Below, piece after piece: positions 1-9,401 of a stretch of 64,000 nucleotides of DNA. Origin of the DNA: an uncultured Candidatus Saccharibacteria bacterium (GTDB lineage: Bacteria; Patescibacteriota; Minisyncoccia; CAIUEV01; JAHKAQ01); NCBI GenBank assembly GCA_964598205.1, contig CAZRBB010000002.1, forward strand, positions 52,459 through 116,458, read 5' to 3'. How positions within the stretch are numbered: position 1 is the first letter of the stretch; each line of letters starts with the position of its first letter. The notes under the pieces are model-generated. The model worked only from the letters and a program-made list of their open reading frames with translations, was not told the DNA's origin and made no database searches. Both the position numbers and the translations under genes were made by a program.

Positions 1-2
1 TT

Positions 3-389
3 ACCGACGAGGAATTAAGGGAAGATATTAAAAAAGAACTGACCGGTACCAGAATGGAGCCAATGATTGACTACATCTCTACTTACGAAAGACAAACAGC
101 GGCACTGATTGTAGGAATTGCTAAGTCGGAAAGTGGTTACAAACATAACTACCAGAACAACTTTTGGGGTTATGCTGGAGGCTATTTTGCCTTTGAAAGC
201 CCTAAGGAAGCGGTAATGGTGGTAGGAAAAAGAATTGAAGAATTAAAGAATAAAGGACTAGATACACCTGGAAGAATTGTGACTACTTGGAAATGCGGTA
301 GAAGTTGTGCCGCTCACGCTCCAGGAAGCGTTCAACGATGGATTAGTACTGCAAGCGGTCCTTATAACCGAATTGCTCTAAACAAATAG
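3..389 (+). CDS. hypothetical protein, probably 5'-truncated by the window edge
   Basis: The ORF track gives 54..389, but the same frame has no stop codon back to nt 3, so the protein likely starts upstream of the window. No family recognised by eye. A hairpin terminator follows. Confidence 0.4.
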   Translation, partial: TDEELREDIKKELTGTRMEPMIDYISTYERQTAALIVGIAKSESGYKHNYQNNFWGYAGGYFAFESPKEAVMVVGKRIEELKNKGLDTPGRIVTTWKCGRSCAAHAPGSVQRWISTASGPYNRIALNK

Positions 390-404
390 AAAATCTGTAA
401 TTAT

Positions 405-432
405 AAAAGCCGTCCTTTTGGGGCGGCTTTTA
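405..432 (+). terminator. Rho-independent terminator-like hairpin
   Basis: AAAAGCCGTCC-TTTTG-GGGCGGCTTTT is a GC stem (one G-U) followed by a T-run. It lies directly downstream of the stop at 389. Confidence 0.6.
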
Positions 433-496
433 TAATGGAGCGGCTTAATAAATACTTCTTGGTAGAAATAAACAAACTCAGGCAACATCAGTTTCA

Positions 497-643
497 CAGA
501 CAAGGCTCAGAGTCTGTTCAACTGATATTGCCTGAGTCTGTTTCTAGAGCAGTAAAGAAATATTTAATTGCTAATTCAGAAAAGACTCGCGTAGGCGGAC
601 TCAGAGCCTTGTCTGCCCAAGCGAGTCTTTTCTGAATTAGCAA
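497..643. repeat. complex palindromic intergenic element A with two interleaved inverted-repeat pairs
   Basis: IR1: CAGACAAGGCTCAGAGTCTG (497-516) pairs with CGGACTCAGAGCCTTGTCTG (596-615). IR2: TTGCTAATTCAGAAAAGACTCGC (568-590) pairs with GCGAGTCTTTTCTGAATTAGCAA (621-643). The pairs interleave, so two mutually exclusive hairpins are possible. Located between convergent genes. Overlaps the predicted 66-aa ORF 435..635, which is probably spurious. Confidence 0.6.
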
Positions 644-649
644 GAGCTA

Positions 650-2119
650 TTATTTCTTTACACAAGCACCATTTTTTTTGTTGTATCCGCTTTTTGGACA
701 AGTGCATTCATCTTTATTTTTACTCCAAGTGCCACCAGATTCTTCGCAGATCTTTTGGGGATTATCGGCGGAATCTTTTACATCTAAATAGCTACTCCCT
801 TCTCCGTGATAAATAATCATTTGATCCATGTAAGTACCACTACCATAAATAGCGGAAACAAAATCACGAGTGGAATCAAGAAAAATATTGGCTCCCCAGT
901 AAGGATCGTGGACCACATACTTGCCTTTCTTGTCTTTATGGTGAATCACTACATAATGGCCACCGCCACGACCTTTGGCACCTACAAAAACGATTACCGG
1001 ATTACCCTTTTCTATTTCTTGATCAACTACCTTCCAATCTAGATTGCCATGACTGGAACCTATTTTTTGATCTTTATCCACCCCCTGCCAAACATTGGGC
1101 CAAGAAATAAGGTCATAGCTAAAAATTCTTTGCTTGGCGAGAATTCCTGGATCAATCTTGACTCCATGATAACGAAGGACCATAGAGACACTGGTAACGG
1201 CGCAACCATATTGCCCCATTTTTGTTCGAGAAAGACCAATATTGCTGTCTGCCCAACGAGGATCTCTTTGGGAAAAATACCAACTAGTGGAAGCTAGGCC
1301 AGTTTTAGGTTTTTTTTGGCCGGCCTTGACCTTAGCTAGCTCGCTTGAGTTTTGGTTGGACATTTCTTCTATATCGCCTAAAAGCATTTCTTTCTGTGAC
1401 TCTAATTTAGCTAAAAGTTCTTGATATTTATCTTCTTCCCCTTGAGTAACCTCTAGGAGATTGGCTTTGGAATCTTGCTGACCCTCTAAGCGGACCTTTC
1501 CCATTTGGCTTTCATCTTTTAGTCTTCCTAATTTTTCGTATTTACTAGAACGGTCTTCTTTTTGTTTCTGCAGTTCTGTCTTGGCTCGATTGACTTCTGT
1601 TAGAAGATCTTTGGTTTTTTCACTGATTAAATCTAAGTTGCGTAACTCTAAAAAATAGCCAGCTAGGCTGTCGTTTTTTAGTAAAAGTTCTAAGGAATTG
1701 CTTTGACTCTTAAAATAGAGTGATTGGATTAGTTCTGAAAGTAACTTCTTATTATATTTTAAGCTGATGTCTTTTTCCTTGATCTTTAAATCCAATGATT
1801 TAATTTCTAATTCTACCAAACCCATTTCCTGATCAGACCGAACTATTTTTTCTTCGGCTTTTTTAATTTCGTTTTCTATAATGTCTATTTGATTAGAAAG
1901 TGTTGCTTGTTGTTGTTTTTTTAGATCGATTACCTTTTGATAGTCTTCTATTTTGTTTTCTACTGCTTCTAATTCCTGTTCTTTGTTGGTGATTTCTGAT
2001 TGAATTTCTTCGGCAAAAACTTTTTGCAACAAGCCACTACTCTCCTTTTGGGGCCAACCTGACCAAGAGAAAACAAAAAAAGAAAACGATAAAATTAATA
2101 AAAATTTAAAATAATTCAT
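650..2119 (-). CDS. secreted coiled-coil protein with C-terminal papain-like (peptidase C39-like / CHAP-like) cysteine peptidase domain; putative cell-wall hydrolase
   Basis: N-terminal signal peptide MNYFKFLLILSFSFFVFSW. About 250 aa of heptad-like K/E/L-rich coiled coil. The C-terminal domain has a Cys in GQYGCAVTSVSMVLRYHG and a His in GGGHYVVIHH, consistent with a papain-fold catalytic dyad. The C-terminus is Cys-rich. Confidence 0.55.
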   Translation of the reverse strand: MNYFKFLLILSFSFFVFSWSGWPQKESSGLLQKVFAEEIQSEITNKEQELEAVENKIEDYQKVIDLKKQQQATLSNQIDIIENEIKKAEEKIVRSDQEMGLVELEIKSLDLKIKEKDISLKYNKKLLSELIQSLYFKSQSNSLELLLKNDSLAGYFLELRNLDLISEKTKDLLTEVNRAKTELQKQKEDRSSKYEKLGRLKDESQMGKVRLEGQQDSKANLLEVTQGEEDKYQELLAKLESQKEMLLGDIEEMSNQNSSELAKVKAGQKKPKTGLASTSWYFSQRDPRWADSNIGLSRTKMGQYGCAVTSVSMVLRYHGVKIDPGILAKQRIFSYDLISWPNVWQGVDKDQKIGSSHGNLDWKVVDQEIEKGNPVIVFVGAKGRGGGHYVVIHHKDKKGKYVVHDPYWGANIFLDSTRDFVSAIYGSGTYMDQMIIYHGEGSSYLDVKDSADNPQKICEESGGTWSKNKDECTCPKSGYNKKNGACVKK

Positions 2120-2127
2120 GAAAAGTA

Positions 2128-2922
2128 TTAATTAAAAACCATCTCCCAGCGGGCAGAAGCTAAAAGCAAAAATCCGGCTAAAAGAAAAACAAAAAGATCA
2201 CCAGAAAACGAAATCCTGGTTAATTTTCCTTTTAAGGCGGCAACTAAGCTATTGGTTAGGAAGAAATAAATTGCCAAGATTAAGGCACCCAAAGTCAAAT
2301 AGCCAAAGGGTAGAAAATACATTCCAGAGAAAATAACAGTGATAAAATAGGTTAATAAAAGACTGTAAAAAAGAAGAAGTCTCTTTCTTTCTACGCAGAG
2401 TGAATGAAACAATATTCCATAACTTACACCAAAAACAACTCCAGCAAAAACCAAGGAGATGTTCCAAAAAGGAATGTTACGGTTTAGATAAACAGCAAAA
2501 AGAAAACTGGCCCAAATAAAAACCGTCAGAATACCACTAATAATACCAAGTCTTTGAGCAGTTTCGTCTTCTTGGTTTTGGAAAAAACGAAAAATACCTA
2601 ATTCTATTAAATAAAAAAGAAAGGACAAGAAAAAAATATAGATTTGAATAAGAGAGCCACCACTAACAAAAGGCAAGAGAAAATAAGCCCCCAAGAAGAA
2701 AAGTACCGGGAAAAAGGCCCCCCAAAGCACCCCAGACAATTTAAAAGAGAACCAAAAAATCAGAAGAAGGGAGATTAGGAAAACAAACCAAGAAATGCCT
2801 GGACGGTAAATTAAAAGCTCTTGGCCTACAAAAAAGACTAAAACCAAAAGGAGTGGTTTTAAGTGAAAGAACATTGGTATTTTTTTTAAAGTTTGGGTTT
2901 TACTAGGGGAAAAATCTGGCAT
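2128..2922 (-). CDS. polytopic membrane protein, function unknown
   Basis: At least 8 hydrophobic segments. It overlaps the lysS 3' end by 37 nt; the internal Met at residue 17 (start near 2874) would remove the overlap. Confidence 0.5.
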   Translation of the reverse strand: MPDFSPSKTQTLKKIPMFFHLKPLLLVLVFFVGQELLIYRPGISWFVFLISLLLIFWFSFKLSGVLWGAFFPVLFFLGAYFLLPFVSGGSLIQIYIFFLSFLFYLIELGIFRFFQNQEDETAQRLGIISGILTVFIWASFLFAVYLNRNIPFWNISLVFAGVVFGVSYGILFHSLCVERKRLLLFYSLLLTYFITVIFSGMYFLPFGYLTLGALILAIYFFLTNSLVAALKGKLTRISFSGDLFVFLLAGFLLLASARWEMVFN

Positions 2923-4328
2923 TCACGCATGGTTTTGTTTTCTAAAAAAGAAAACAATCGTTCGCTCATACCAAAACCACAAGCCGGTGGCATTCCATAT
3001 TCCAAGGCTTCTAAGAAATGAGTGTCGGTCATTTGCGCTTCTTGGTCTCCATTATCTCTTAATCCTTGTTGAATTAAAAACCGTTCCTTTTGATCCTGGG
3101 GGTCGTTTAATTCGCTGTAGCCATTTCCTAATTCGCTACCTGCTAGGATTACATGAAAGCGTTCCGTTAAGAGAGGATTATTTTTGGTTTTTTTGGCCAA
3201 AGGAGAAACTGCTACCGGTTCGTTGATTAAGAATCCTGGTCCAGCAATGCTTTTTCGGCAAAACTTCCAAAGATTATCTATTGCCCGACTTAGATTAAGG
3301 TTTTTTGCTTGGTATTTAACTCCAAGTTCATCTAGCTTTTTTTGAACCGTTGGTAAGTCTACAGTTAGAACATTGATTCCGGTTTTTTCTTCTATTGTTT
3401 CTTTATAATTGTAAACTTTCCAATCACCCGAAAGATCAATTTGGAAATCTTTAATGGTAAACTTTAGGGTTCCGTAAACTTCTTGGGCTATCTTGGTAAA
3501 AAGTTCTTTTACTAAAGCCATGCCCGTTTGGTAGTCGGCGTAGGCCCAATAAAATTCCATTTGGGTGTAGTCTTGCAAGTGTTCGGCATCCATGCCTTCG
3601 TTTCTAAATTGGCGGCCAATTTCAAAGGTTTTTTCTAATCCAGCCACTAAAAGTCTTTTTTGCCAAAGCTCCCCGGTAGAAATTCTTAAATAAAGATCCA
3701 TGGCCAAGGCTTGATGCTTGGTAATAAAAGGATTGGCATCGCCGCCACCGGGAACCGCTTCTAAGATCGGTGTTTCTACTTCCAAAAAATCATGGCTTTT
3801 CATAAAGCTACGAACGGTTTGCCAAAATTTTTCTTTGCGGTAAATCATTTCTTTAATTTCTGGATTAAAGAGAATGTCTAAATATCTTTTGCGGAGTCGT
3901 TGTTCTTCGTTTTTTAAGGCTTTGTGTTTGTCTGGAAGAGGAAGGAGTGATTTGGAAAGAAGGGTGAGTTTTTTAACCAAAAGAGACCGTTCGCCTTTTT
4001 TGGTATCAAAGCGTTCGCCTTCTAAGCCCACAAAATCACCCAGGTCTAAATTTTTAATCCAAAAGCGGAATAATTCCCTGCCAAGTTCGTTTTCGTTTAA
4101 AACAAATTGAATACGGCCGCTTTCGTCTTGTAAATGAAGAAAAGCGATTCTACCCATTTCTCTAAAAAGCATGATTCGTCCGGCGGCGCGAGCTGGTGTT
4201 CCGTTAGGTTTCTCCAGGAGAGATTTAGCTGATTCCTTAGGAAAAGCCAAGGAAGGATACGGATCAATGCCGGCCTCTATAATGTTTTTTAGTTTTTTAA
4301 GCCGATCTTTTTTAAGGGAAGCGTTCAT
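2886..4328 (-). CDS. lysS: lysine--tRNA ligase (class II)
   Basis: N-terminal OB anticodon-binding region followed by a class II core. Motifs FRNEGMDAEHLQDYTQMEFYWAYADY and GGDANPFITKHQAL resemble LysS motif 2 and the surrounding region. Length 480 aa. ATG start at 4326-4328. Confidence 0.85.
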   Translation of the reverse strand: MNASLKKDRLKKLKNIIEAGIDPYPSLAFPKESAKSLLEKPNGTPARAAGRIMLFREMGRIAFLHLQDESGRIQFVLNENELGRELFRFWIKNLDLGDFVGLEGERFDTKKGERSLLVKKLTLLSKSLLPLPDKHKALKNEEQRLRKRYLDILFNPEIKEMIYRKEKFWQTVRSFMKSHDFLEVETPILEAVPGGGDANPFITKHQALAMDLYLRISTGELWQKRLLVAGLEKTFEIGRQFRNEGMDAEHLQDYTQMEFYWAYADYQTGMALVKELFTKIAQEVYGTLKFTIKDFQIDLSGDWKVYNYKETIEEKTGINVLTVDLPTVQKKLDELGVKYQAKNLNLSRAIDNLWKFCRKSIAGPGFLINEPVAVSPLAKKTKNNPLLTERFHVILAGSELGNGYSELNDPQDQKERFLIQQGLRDNGDQEAQMTDTHFLEALEYGMPPACGFGMSERLFSFLENKTMRECQIFPLVKPKL

Positions 4329-4386
4329 TTTAAATTAATAAAGACAAATGTTGGTTTTTAGTATAGCATTTTTTTTCTGATTTTAT

Positions 4387-5067
4387 CTAACCAATGATAG
4401 TTCCGGAAAATTCTTCTCCCCGAATAGCGCAGGCCAAGTTATTTAGGTCGCGACCATCAAGACTCAGGGCTTTTATTTTCTTTTTTTGGCCAAAGCGAAT
4501 GGCTGAGGGATCAAGAGGAATGTGCATTCTTGGTGTCCATTCTTCTCCGACCATCTTTCGTAAATTTTCCCAACTAACTTCCTTTAGCTTTTCAGCGTCT
4601 TTGAATTCGTGAGGATCTTTATTGTAAATATGACTGGTATTAGTAGCGATAATAATTTTTTCGGATTCAAATCGATGAGCCAAGATCATAGCGTCGTAAT
4701 CGGTAGACCAGCCTGGTTTCCAGCCGGCACCGACCATAATATCTTCCTTCCAATCAAGATCGGCATAGGGATTTTCTACTACCTTAGGAAAGCAGTTTTT
4801 TTTTCCAAAAATGCTTACCAAGAGTCTGGCATTAAGGCGGGTAGCGTAGATGCCAATCCAGTCCAAGTCTTCATTGGTTAAGGTAGCAACTTCTTTAGCG
4901 ACTTTATTGTATTCTTTGTTAATGCCACCGCCACCAGTAATTAAAAGAAAACGATAATCGGATTTCATTTCTAAAACCAGTTTGGAAAAGTTCGTTAAAT
5001 AATCAATATTGGGAAATTTAGGAACCATAATAGAGCCTCCGAACTTGATTGCGATAATCTTTTTCAT
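4387..5067 (-). CDS. amino-acid kinase family protein, possibly archaeal-type UMP kinase-like
   Basis: MKKIIAIKFGGS at the N-terminus and LITGGGG are typical of the aspartate/glutamate/uridylate kinase fold. The ORF track extends to 5133, but that start is a TTG; the ATG at 5067 is more plausible. Confidence 0.45.
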   Translation of the reverse strand: MKKIIAIKFGGSIMVPKFPNIDYLTNFSKLVLEMKSDYRFLLITGGGGINKEYNKVAKEVATLTNEDLDWIGIYATRLNARLLVSIFGKKNCFPKVVENPYADLDWKEDIMVGAGWKPGWSTDYDAMILAHRFESEKIIIATNTSHIYNKDPHEFKDAEKLKEVSWENLRKMVGEEWTPRMHIPLDPSAIRFGQKKKIKALSLDGRDLNNLACAIRGEEFSGTIIG

Positions 5068-5179
5068 AAAAACTTTGAAGCGGTTAAACGAATTAAGCAT
5101 AGGACTTACGCGTTTGAGTATAGTTCGAGGCAAAACCGAGCAAGCGAGCGAGGCGTAATAAAGAACGGGTTTCCCCGTT

Positions 5180-5650
5180 CTACTTATTTTCTACCGACAA
5201 AATTTTGTAGCGAGAGCGACCTCCTGGTACTTCTACTAAAACTTCATCCCCTTCCGTTTTGTGCATTAAGGCCATGCCGATTGGAGACTCGTTGGAAATT
5301 TTATTGGCCGTTGGGTCTGCCTCATTGCTTCCTACAATGTAAAAGAAGCGATCCGTTTTTTGGTAACAAACCTTTACTAAACTTCCAATGTCCACGACCT
5401 TACTTTTGCTGTTTTTGGTCACCACTACTGAATTTTTAAGGATCGATTCTAATTCAGCGATTCTTTTTTCGTTTTCCGTTTCCCGTGATTTTGCTTCACT
5501 GTATTCGGCATTTTCGCTTAGATCTCCCTGCTCCTTAGCATCTTTAATTGCTTCGGCGATTTCTTTTCTCTTGGTCTTTTTTCTTTTTAAAAGCTCTTGC
5601 TTAATGTTCTCTACCCCTTCGCTGGTCAAATATTTATTGCCTGTTTCCAT
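5180..5650 (-). CDS. greA: transcription elongation factor GreA
   Basis: N-terminal coiled coil with LTSEGVENIKQELLKRK...GDLSENAEYSEAK. C-terminal FKBP-like domain ending in GDEVLVEVPGGRSRYKILSV. 156 aa. Confidence 0.85.
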   Translation of the reverse strand: METGNKYLTSEGVENIKQELLKRKKTKRKEIAEAIKDAKEQGDLSENAEYSEAKSRETENEKRIAELESILKNSVVVTKNSKSKVVDIGSLVKVCYQKTDRFFYIVGSNEADPTANKISNESPIGMALMHKTEGDEVLVEVPGGRSRYKILSVENK

Positions 5651-5747
5651 GGTTTTAAAACGCTTACCCTCTTATATATAATTAAAAAGAGAAACAAAAA
5701 ATAACAAAAAGATTTTTATCCCTTTAGCTAAATAAACTATACAAAAA

Positions 5748-6902
5748 TCAGTTTTTGTCAAATAAAAAAAGAAATCGGGCTGTTTCTTTACCGATCATTG
5801 ACCAATCAAATTTTTGACGAATTGCTCTTGTACTGTTGTTGGTCATTGCTTTGTCTAAAAAAGAAAAAACAGTTTCATTGATTGCTTTTGCCACTTGGGA
5901 AATATTTTTGGGATTAACCAAAGTTAGCCTTTTGCCGGTCGGGGAATAAATTTCTCTAAAAACAGGAAGGTCAGAAGCGATTACTTTTTTTCCATACCAA
6001 AGCGCTTCTCCAATTGTTCGGCCAAAGCCTTCGGCTAGGCTTAGGGAAATCAGTGCCGTTGCGTTTTTTAATAACCAGATTTTTTCTTTTTCGCTGACTG
6101 TCTTTTGAATAAAAATTGATTTTTTAGCAGGTGAATTTTTGATTATTTTTTTTATTTCTTTAAAGCCAAAACCAGCTGGACCGGCCAGAACCAGTGCTAA
6201 ATTTGGGGTTTTTTTACAGGCAAGCTCAAAAGCAGCAATAACGGCGGGAATGTTTTTTCTTTTTTCTAAACTTCCTAAATGAAGAAGGAAGGAGTTTGAA
6301 TTTTTAATTTTGAATTTTGAATTTCGATTAAAATTTGAATTTTCAACATTGAGGGACTTATCTTCTTTAAAGAAAGAGACTGGATTTAGGCCTTGGTAGA
6401 GCACTTTAGTTTTTTGGCAATTTTTTCCCAAAAAAGGCTTTGTATGCTTAAGAGTCTCTTTTGAAACAGCAACTATTCCCAAGGCTCGTTTTAAATTTGA
6501 TTCTAGGAGAAAACGATTAATGGCTCCAGAAAAAAATGGATAACAAGAAGGCCATTCCAAAAGTTCTGTTCCGTGTGACACAAAAACCGATCGGCCCCGA
6601 TAAAAAAAAGGAATGGAGCCGGCCGGCACAAAGAGGATGTCGGGTTTTATTTTTTTCAAGCTCCAAAGCAGGCCTCCCTGGGTTCGTAAAAAGGGCCAAT
6701 CGATTGGATAAAGATGCCAGTTAACAGGAAGGGTTCCTGGGGGGAAATATTTAAGTTGGGAAGATTTTAAAAAAAGCCAAATTTCTTTTTTAGAAAAAAT
6801 TTGTGGAGCACTAAGCCAAGAAGCTAGTAGGCCACGAGTATAGGCTCCGATTCCTGTTTTGTTTGGTTCAAAGGCGCTGGTAATATCTAGCCCGATTTTC
6901 AT
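5748..6902 (-). CDS. glycosyltransferase, GT4-like (GT-B fold)
   Basis: C-terminal half has LHLGSLEKRKNIPAVIAAFE...LAEGFGRTIGEALWYGKKVIASD, an EX7E-like motif region. An internal low-complexity insertion NSNFNRNSKFKIKNSNS is encoded by an AATTTTGAATTT-type repeat at about 6290-6350. Confidence 0.7.
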   Translation of the reverse strand: MKIGLDITSAFEPNKTGIGAYTRGLLASWLSAPQIFSKKEIWLFLKSSQLKYFPPGTLPVNWHLYPIDWPFLRTQGGLLWSLKKIKPDILFVPAGSIPFFYRGRSVFVSHGTELLEWPSCYPFFSGAINRFLLESNLKRALGIVAVSKETLKHTKPFLGKNCQKTKVLYQGLNPVSFFKEDKSLNVENSNFNRNSKFKIKNSNSFLLHLGSLEKRKNIPAVIAAFELACKKTPNLALVLAGPAGFGFKEIKKIIKNSPAKKSIFIQKTVSEKEKIWLLKNATALISLSLAEGFGRTIGEALWYGKKVIASDLPVFREIYSPTGKRLTLVNPKNISQVAKAINETVFSFLDKAMTNNSTRAIRQKFDWSMIGKETARFLFLFDKN

Positions 6903-6908
6903 TAACCA

Positions 6909-7910
6909 CTAATTAATAATGCTTCTTTTGTAAATTTCTAAATTGTCCATAATTTTAGATGTCCCTCTGGCAACGCAGAGCAAGGGATCATCGGCCACAT
7001 AGCAAGGTACTCCTACTGATCGGAAAATAAGTTGATCTAGATTTTTTAAGAGAGCGCCACCGCCGGAAAGCACCATTCCTCGATCAATAATATCGGCAGC
7101 CAATTCTGGTGGAGTTTCTTGAAGCACTTTTTTTACCGCTTGAATAATTTCTGAAAGTTCATCGCTAATGGCGGCAGTAACTTCGTTGGTCTTTAGGGTA
7201 ATGATCTTAGGCAATCCAGCCATTAAATCTCGTCCTTTGATTTCTATTTCTTCTTCTCTGTTTTGCGCCAAGGCGCTACCAATTTTGATTTTAATTTCTT
7301 CTGCTGTTTGATCACCAATTGCTAGGGCATATTTTTTGCGGACATATTCTTTAATTGCCGCATCTAAACGATTGCCACCGACTCTAGCGGAAGTGGCAGC
7401 CACAATTCCTCCTAGGGAAATTACTGCGACCTCGGTAGTACCGCCGCCAATATCTATAATAATATTTCCGGCGGGAGCATTTACCGGGATTCCCGCACCA
7501 ATAGCCGCTAGCAATGGTTCTTTAACAACATAAGCCGTTTTGGCACCGGCTTCTAGGGCAGCGTCGATCACGGCTCTTTTTTCTGTAGAAGTAATTCCGG
7601 CGGGAATTGAGAGTACTATTTCTGGGCGAAAAATTCGGATTCGACCGCTGACCTTGTTTATAAAGTGACGCAACATGGCTTCGGTAATTCTAAAGTCAGC
7701 AATTACGCCATCTTTAATTGGTCTTGATGCACAAATAATTTCTGGTGTTCGGCCAATCATTTCTTTGGCTTCTTCACCAATTGCTAGAATTTTATTATCT
7801 CTAATGGAAATTGCCACCACCGAAGGTTCATTTAAGACGATTCCCCTTCCAGGAACGGAAACTAAAGTGTTGGCAGTTCCAAGATCAATACCTATTTTTT
7901 TAACAAACAT
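6909..7910 (-). CDS. mreB: rod shape-determining protein MreB
   Basis: IGIDLGTANTLVSVPGRGIVLNEPSVVAI near the N-terminus. Actin-like ATPase motifs DIGGGTTEVAVISLGG. 333 aa. Confidence 0.9.
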   Translation of the reverse strand: MFVKKIGIDLGTANTLVSVPGRGIVLNEPSVVAISIRDNKILAIGEEAKEMIGRTPEIICASRPIKDGVIADFRITEAMLRHFINKVSGRIRIFRPEIVLSIPAGITSTEKRAVIDAALEAGAKTAYVVKEPLLAAIGAGIPVNAPAGNIIIDIGGGTTEVAVISLGGIVAATSARVGGNRLDAAIKEYVRKKYALAIGDQTAEEIKIKIGSALAQNREEEIEIKGRDLMAGLPKIITLKTNEVTAAISDELSEIIQAVKKVLQETPPELAADIIDRGMVLSGGGALLKNLDQLIFRSVGVPCYVADDPLLCVARGTSKIMDNLEIYKRSIIN

Positions 7911-7932
7911 AAAAATTTCTAAATGGGTCTTT

Positions 7933-9207
7933 CTAGCCTATTTCTTTTCTTTGAATGTCGGCCCCGATTTTGGTAAGTCGGGTTTCTATTTTTTCGTAAC
8001 CACGATCAATTATTTCGGCGTTTTCAATTACGGAATTGCCTTCGGCAATAATCGAGGCCAAGAGCAGACTGATTCCGGCGCGGATGTCTGGACTTTCGAT
8101 TGTTTTGCCAAAAAGATTGGTCGGCCCTTTAACGGCTACCCGATGTGGGTCGCACATAATAATGTTGGCGCCCATTCGGTTTAAGATATCGGTAAAAAAT
8201 AAACGGCCTTCAAAGATTGGGTCGTGAATCAAGCTAATACCCGAAGCTTGAGTCATTAATAAGGTGTAGATTGGTTGTAAGTCTGTGGCAAACCCTGGGT
8301 ATTCATGGGTTTGTAAGGAAACTGATTGAATTCTTTTTTTAACCGGAACGGTTCTTACCCAATTACCACCGATTTCTAGTTTGGCACCAGCACGGCTCAA
8401 TTTTTCCCAAAGAGCAGAAAGGTGTTTAGGATTACATTTTTCTATTAGCAAATCAGCATTATTCATTATTCCCATCATTGCAAAGGTACCCGTCTCTATG
8501 CGGTCGGGAATAACTTCGAACACGCCTCCTTTTAATTTTTCTACGCCCTCTATTTGAATAGTGCTCTGACCAATGCCTTCTATTTTAGCACCCATTTGCA
8601 CCAAGCAATTTGCCAAATGAATCACTTCTGGTTCAATAGCTACATTTTCTAAGACAGTGGTTCCCTTGGCCAGGACTGCCGCCATCATTAAGGTTTCTGT
8701 TCCGGTAACACTAATTTTAGGAAAAAAATAACGACAACCTTTTAATTTTCCTTGAGGTGTTTTTAGAAGATATTCGGTATTGTTTTTTTCCACCTTGGCT
8801 CCCATCTTTTTAAACCCTTCAATAAAAAAGTTAATGGGTCGCTTGCCAATTAAGTCGCCTCCTGGATGAGGAATACATAACCTACCAAAACGCGCCAAAA
8901 GCGGTCCCGAAAACACAATAGAGGCCCTTACTTTTCTGGAATCTTCTGGATCAAGACAGTTTTCTTTTAGTCTGGAAGAATTGATTTTTAGGTTAGATTT
9001 GCCTTCATAAACAGCTTCGACCTTCATTTTGTTTAAAAGGTCTAGCATTACAGAGACATCGGCAATTCCGGGCACATTGTTTATTAAGCAATCTTCTTCG
9101 GTTAAGAGTGTTGCGGCTAGCGCTTTTAGCGCAAAATTTTTAGCTCCCTTAACTTCTATTTTGCCTCCAATTTTTTTCTTCCCTTTGATTAGAAATTGAT
9201 AACCCAT
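7933..9207 (-). CDS. murA: UDP-N-acetylglucosamine 1-carboxyvinyltransferase
   Basis: KIEVKGAKNFALKALAATLLTEEDCLINNVPGIADVSVMLDLL and the EPSP-synthase-like fold motifs. 424 aa. Confidence 0.9.
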   Translation of the reverse strand: MGYQFLIKGKKKIGGKIEVKGAKNFALKALAATLLTEEDCLINNVPGIADVSVMLDLLNKMKVEAVYEGKSNLKINSSRLKENCLDPEDSRKVRASIVFSGPLLARFGRLCIPHPGGDLIGKRPINFFIEGFKKMGAKVEKNNTEYLLKTPQGKLKGCRYFFPKISVTGTETLMMAAVLAKGTTVLENVAIEPEVIHLANCLVQMGAKIEGIGQSTIQIEGVEKLKGGVFEVIPDRIETGTFAMMGIMNNADLLIEKCNPKHLSALWEKLSRAGAKLEIGGNWVRTVPVKKRIQSVSLQTHEYPGFATDLQPIYTLLMTQASGISLIHDPIFEGRLFFTDILNRMGANIIMCDPHRVAVKGPTNLFGKTIESPDIRAGISLLLASIIAEGNSVIENAEIIDRGYEKIETRLTKIGADIQRKEIG

Positions 9208-9401
9208 ATTTTTGATTTAAATTAGAGCACTTCTTTGAATCTTATAATTAAAAAAAACAAAAGACAACTGTCTTTACAAGTGGGTTTTTTCTGGTTATAC
9301 TTTTGGAAGATAGCTTTTGGGAAGCTTTTTTTTATGGTTTTAGGTTTGCGTGTTTTGTGCATTTTAATACGATTTTAATTATTTTTTAGTAAAATTTTAG
9401 A

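Noticed and set aside
435-635. Predicted 66-aa ORF
   Set aside because: It is entirely covered by the interleaved inverted repeats of element A and has no RBS or recognisable protein features. Likely spurious.
806-1424. Plus-strand ORFs (806..1042, 1049..1297, 1242..1424) inside the 650..2119 gene
   Set aside because: Antisense shadow ORFs within a well-supported long minus-strand CDS. The same applies to 2249..2467, 2987..3226, 3874..4110, 4394..4881, 5388..5681, 6517..6724, 7336..8227, 9686..9910, 11922..12128, 13510..13722, 18187..18707, 19823..20134, 20375..20581, 20932..22014, 23865..24281, 24842..25344, 25861..26343, 28843..29200, 29520..29810, 30463..30654, 32446..32631, 33407..34510, 35320..36139, 36262..36531, 39076..39264, 39525..39731, 41104..41298, 42082..42273, 42528..42761, 43190..43514, 44180..44371, 44632..44889, 45314..46153, 47024..47227, 47782..48066, 49222..49473, 51073..51258, 52966..53157, 53414..53677, 54813..55103, 56657..56884, 58236..58463, 58687..59231 and 60776..61015.
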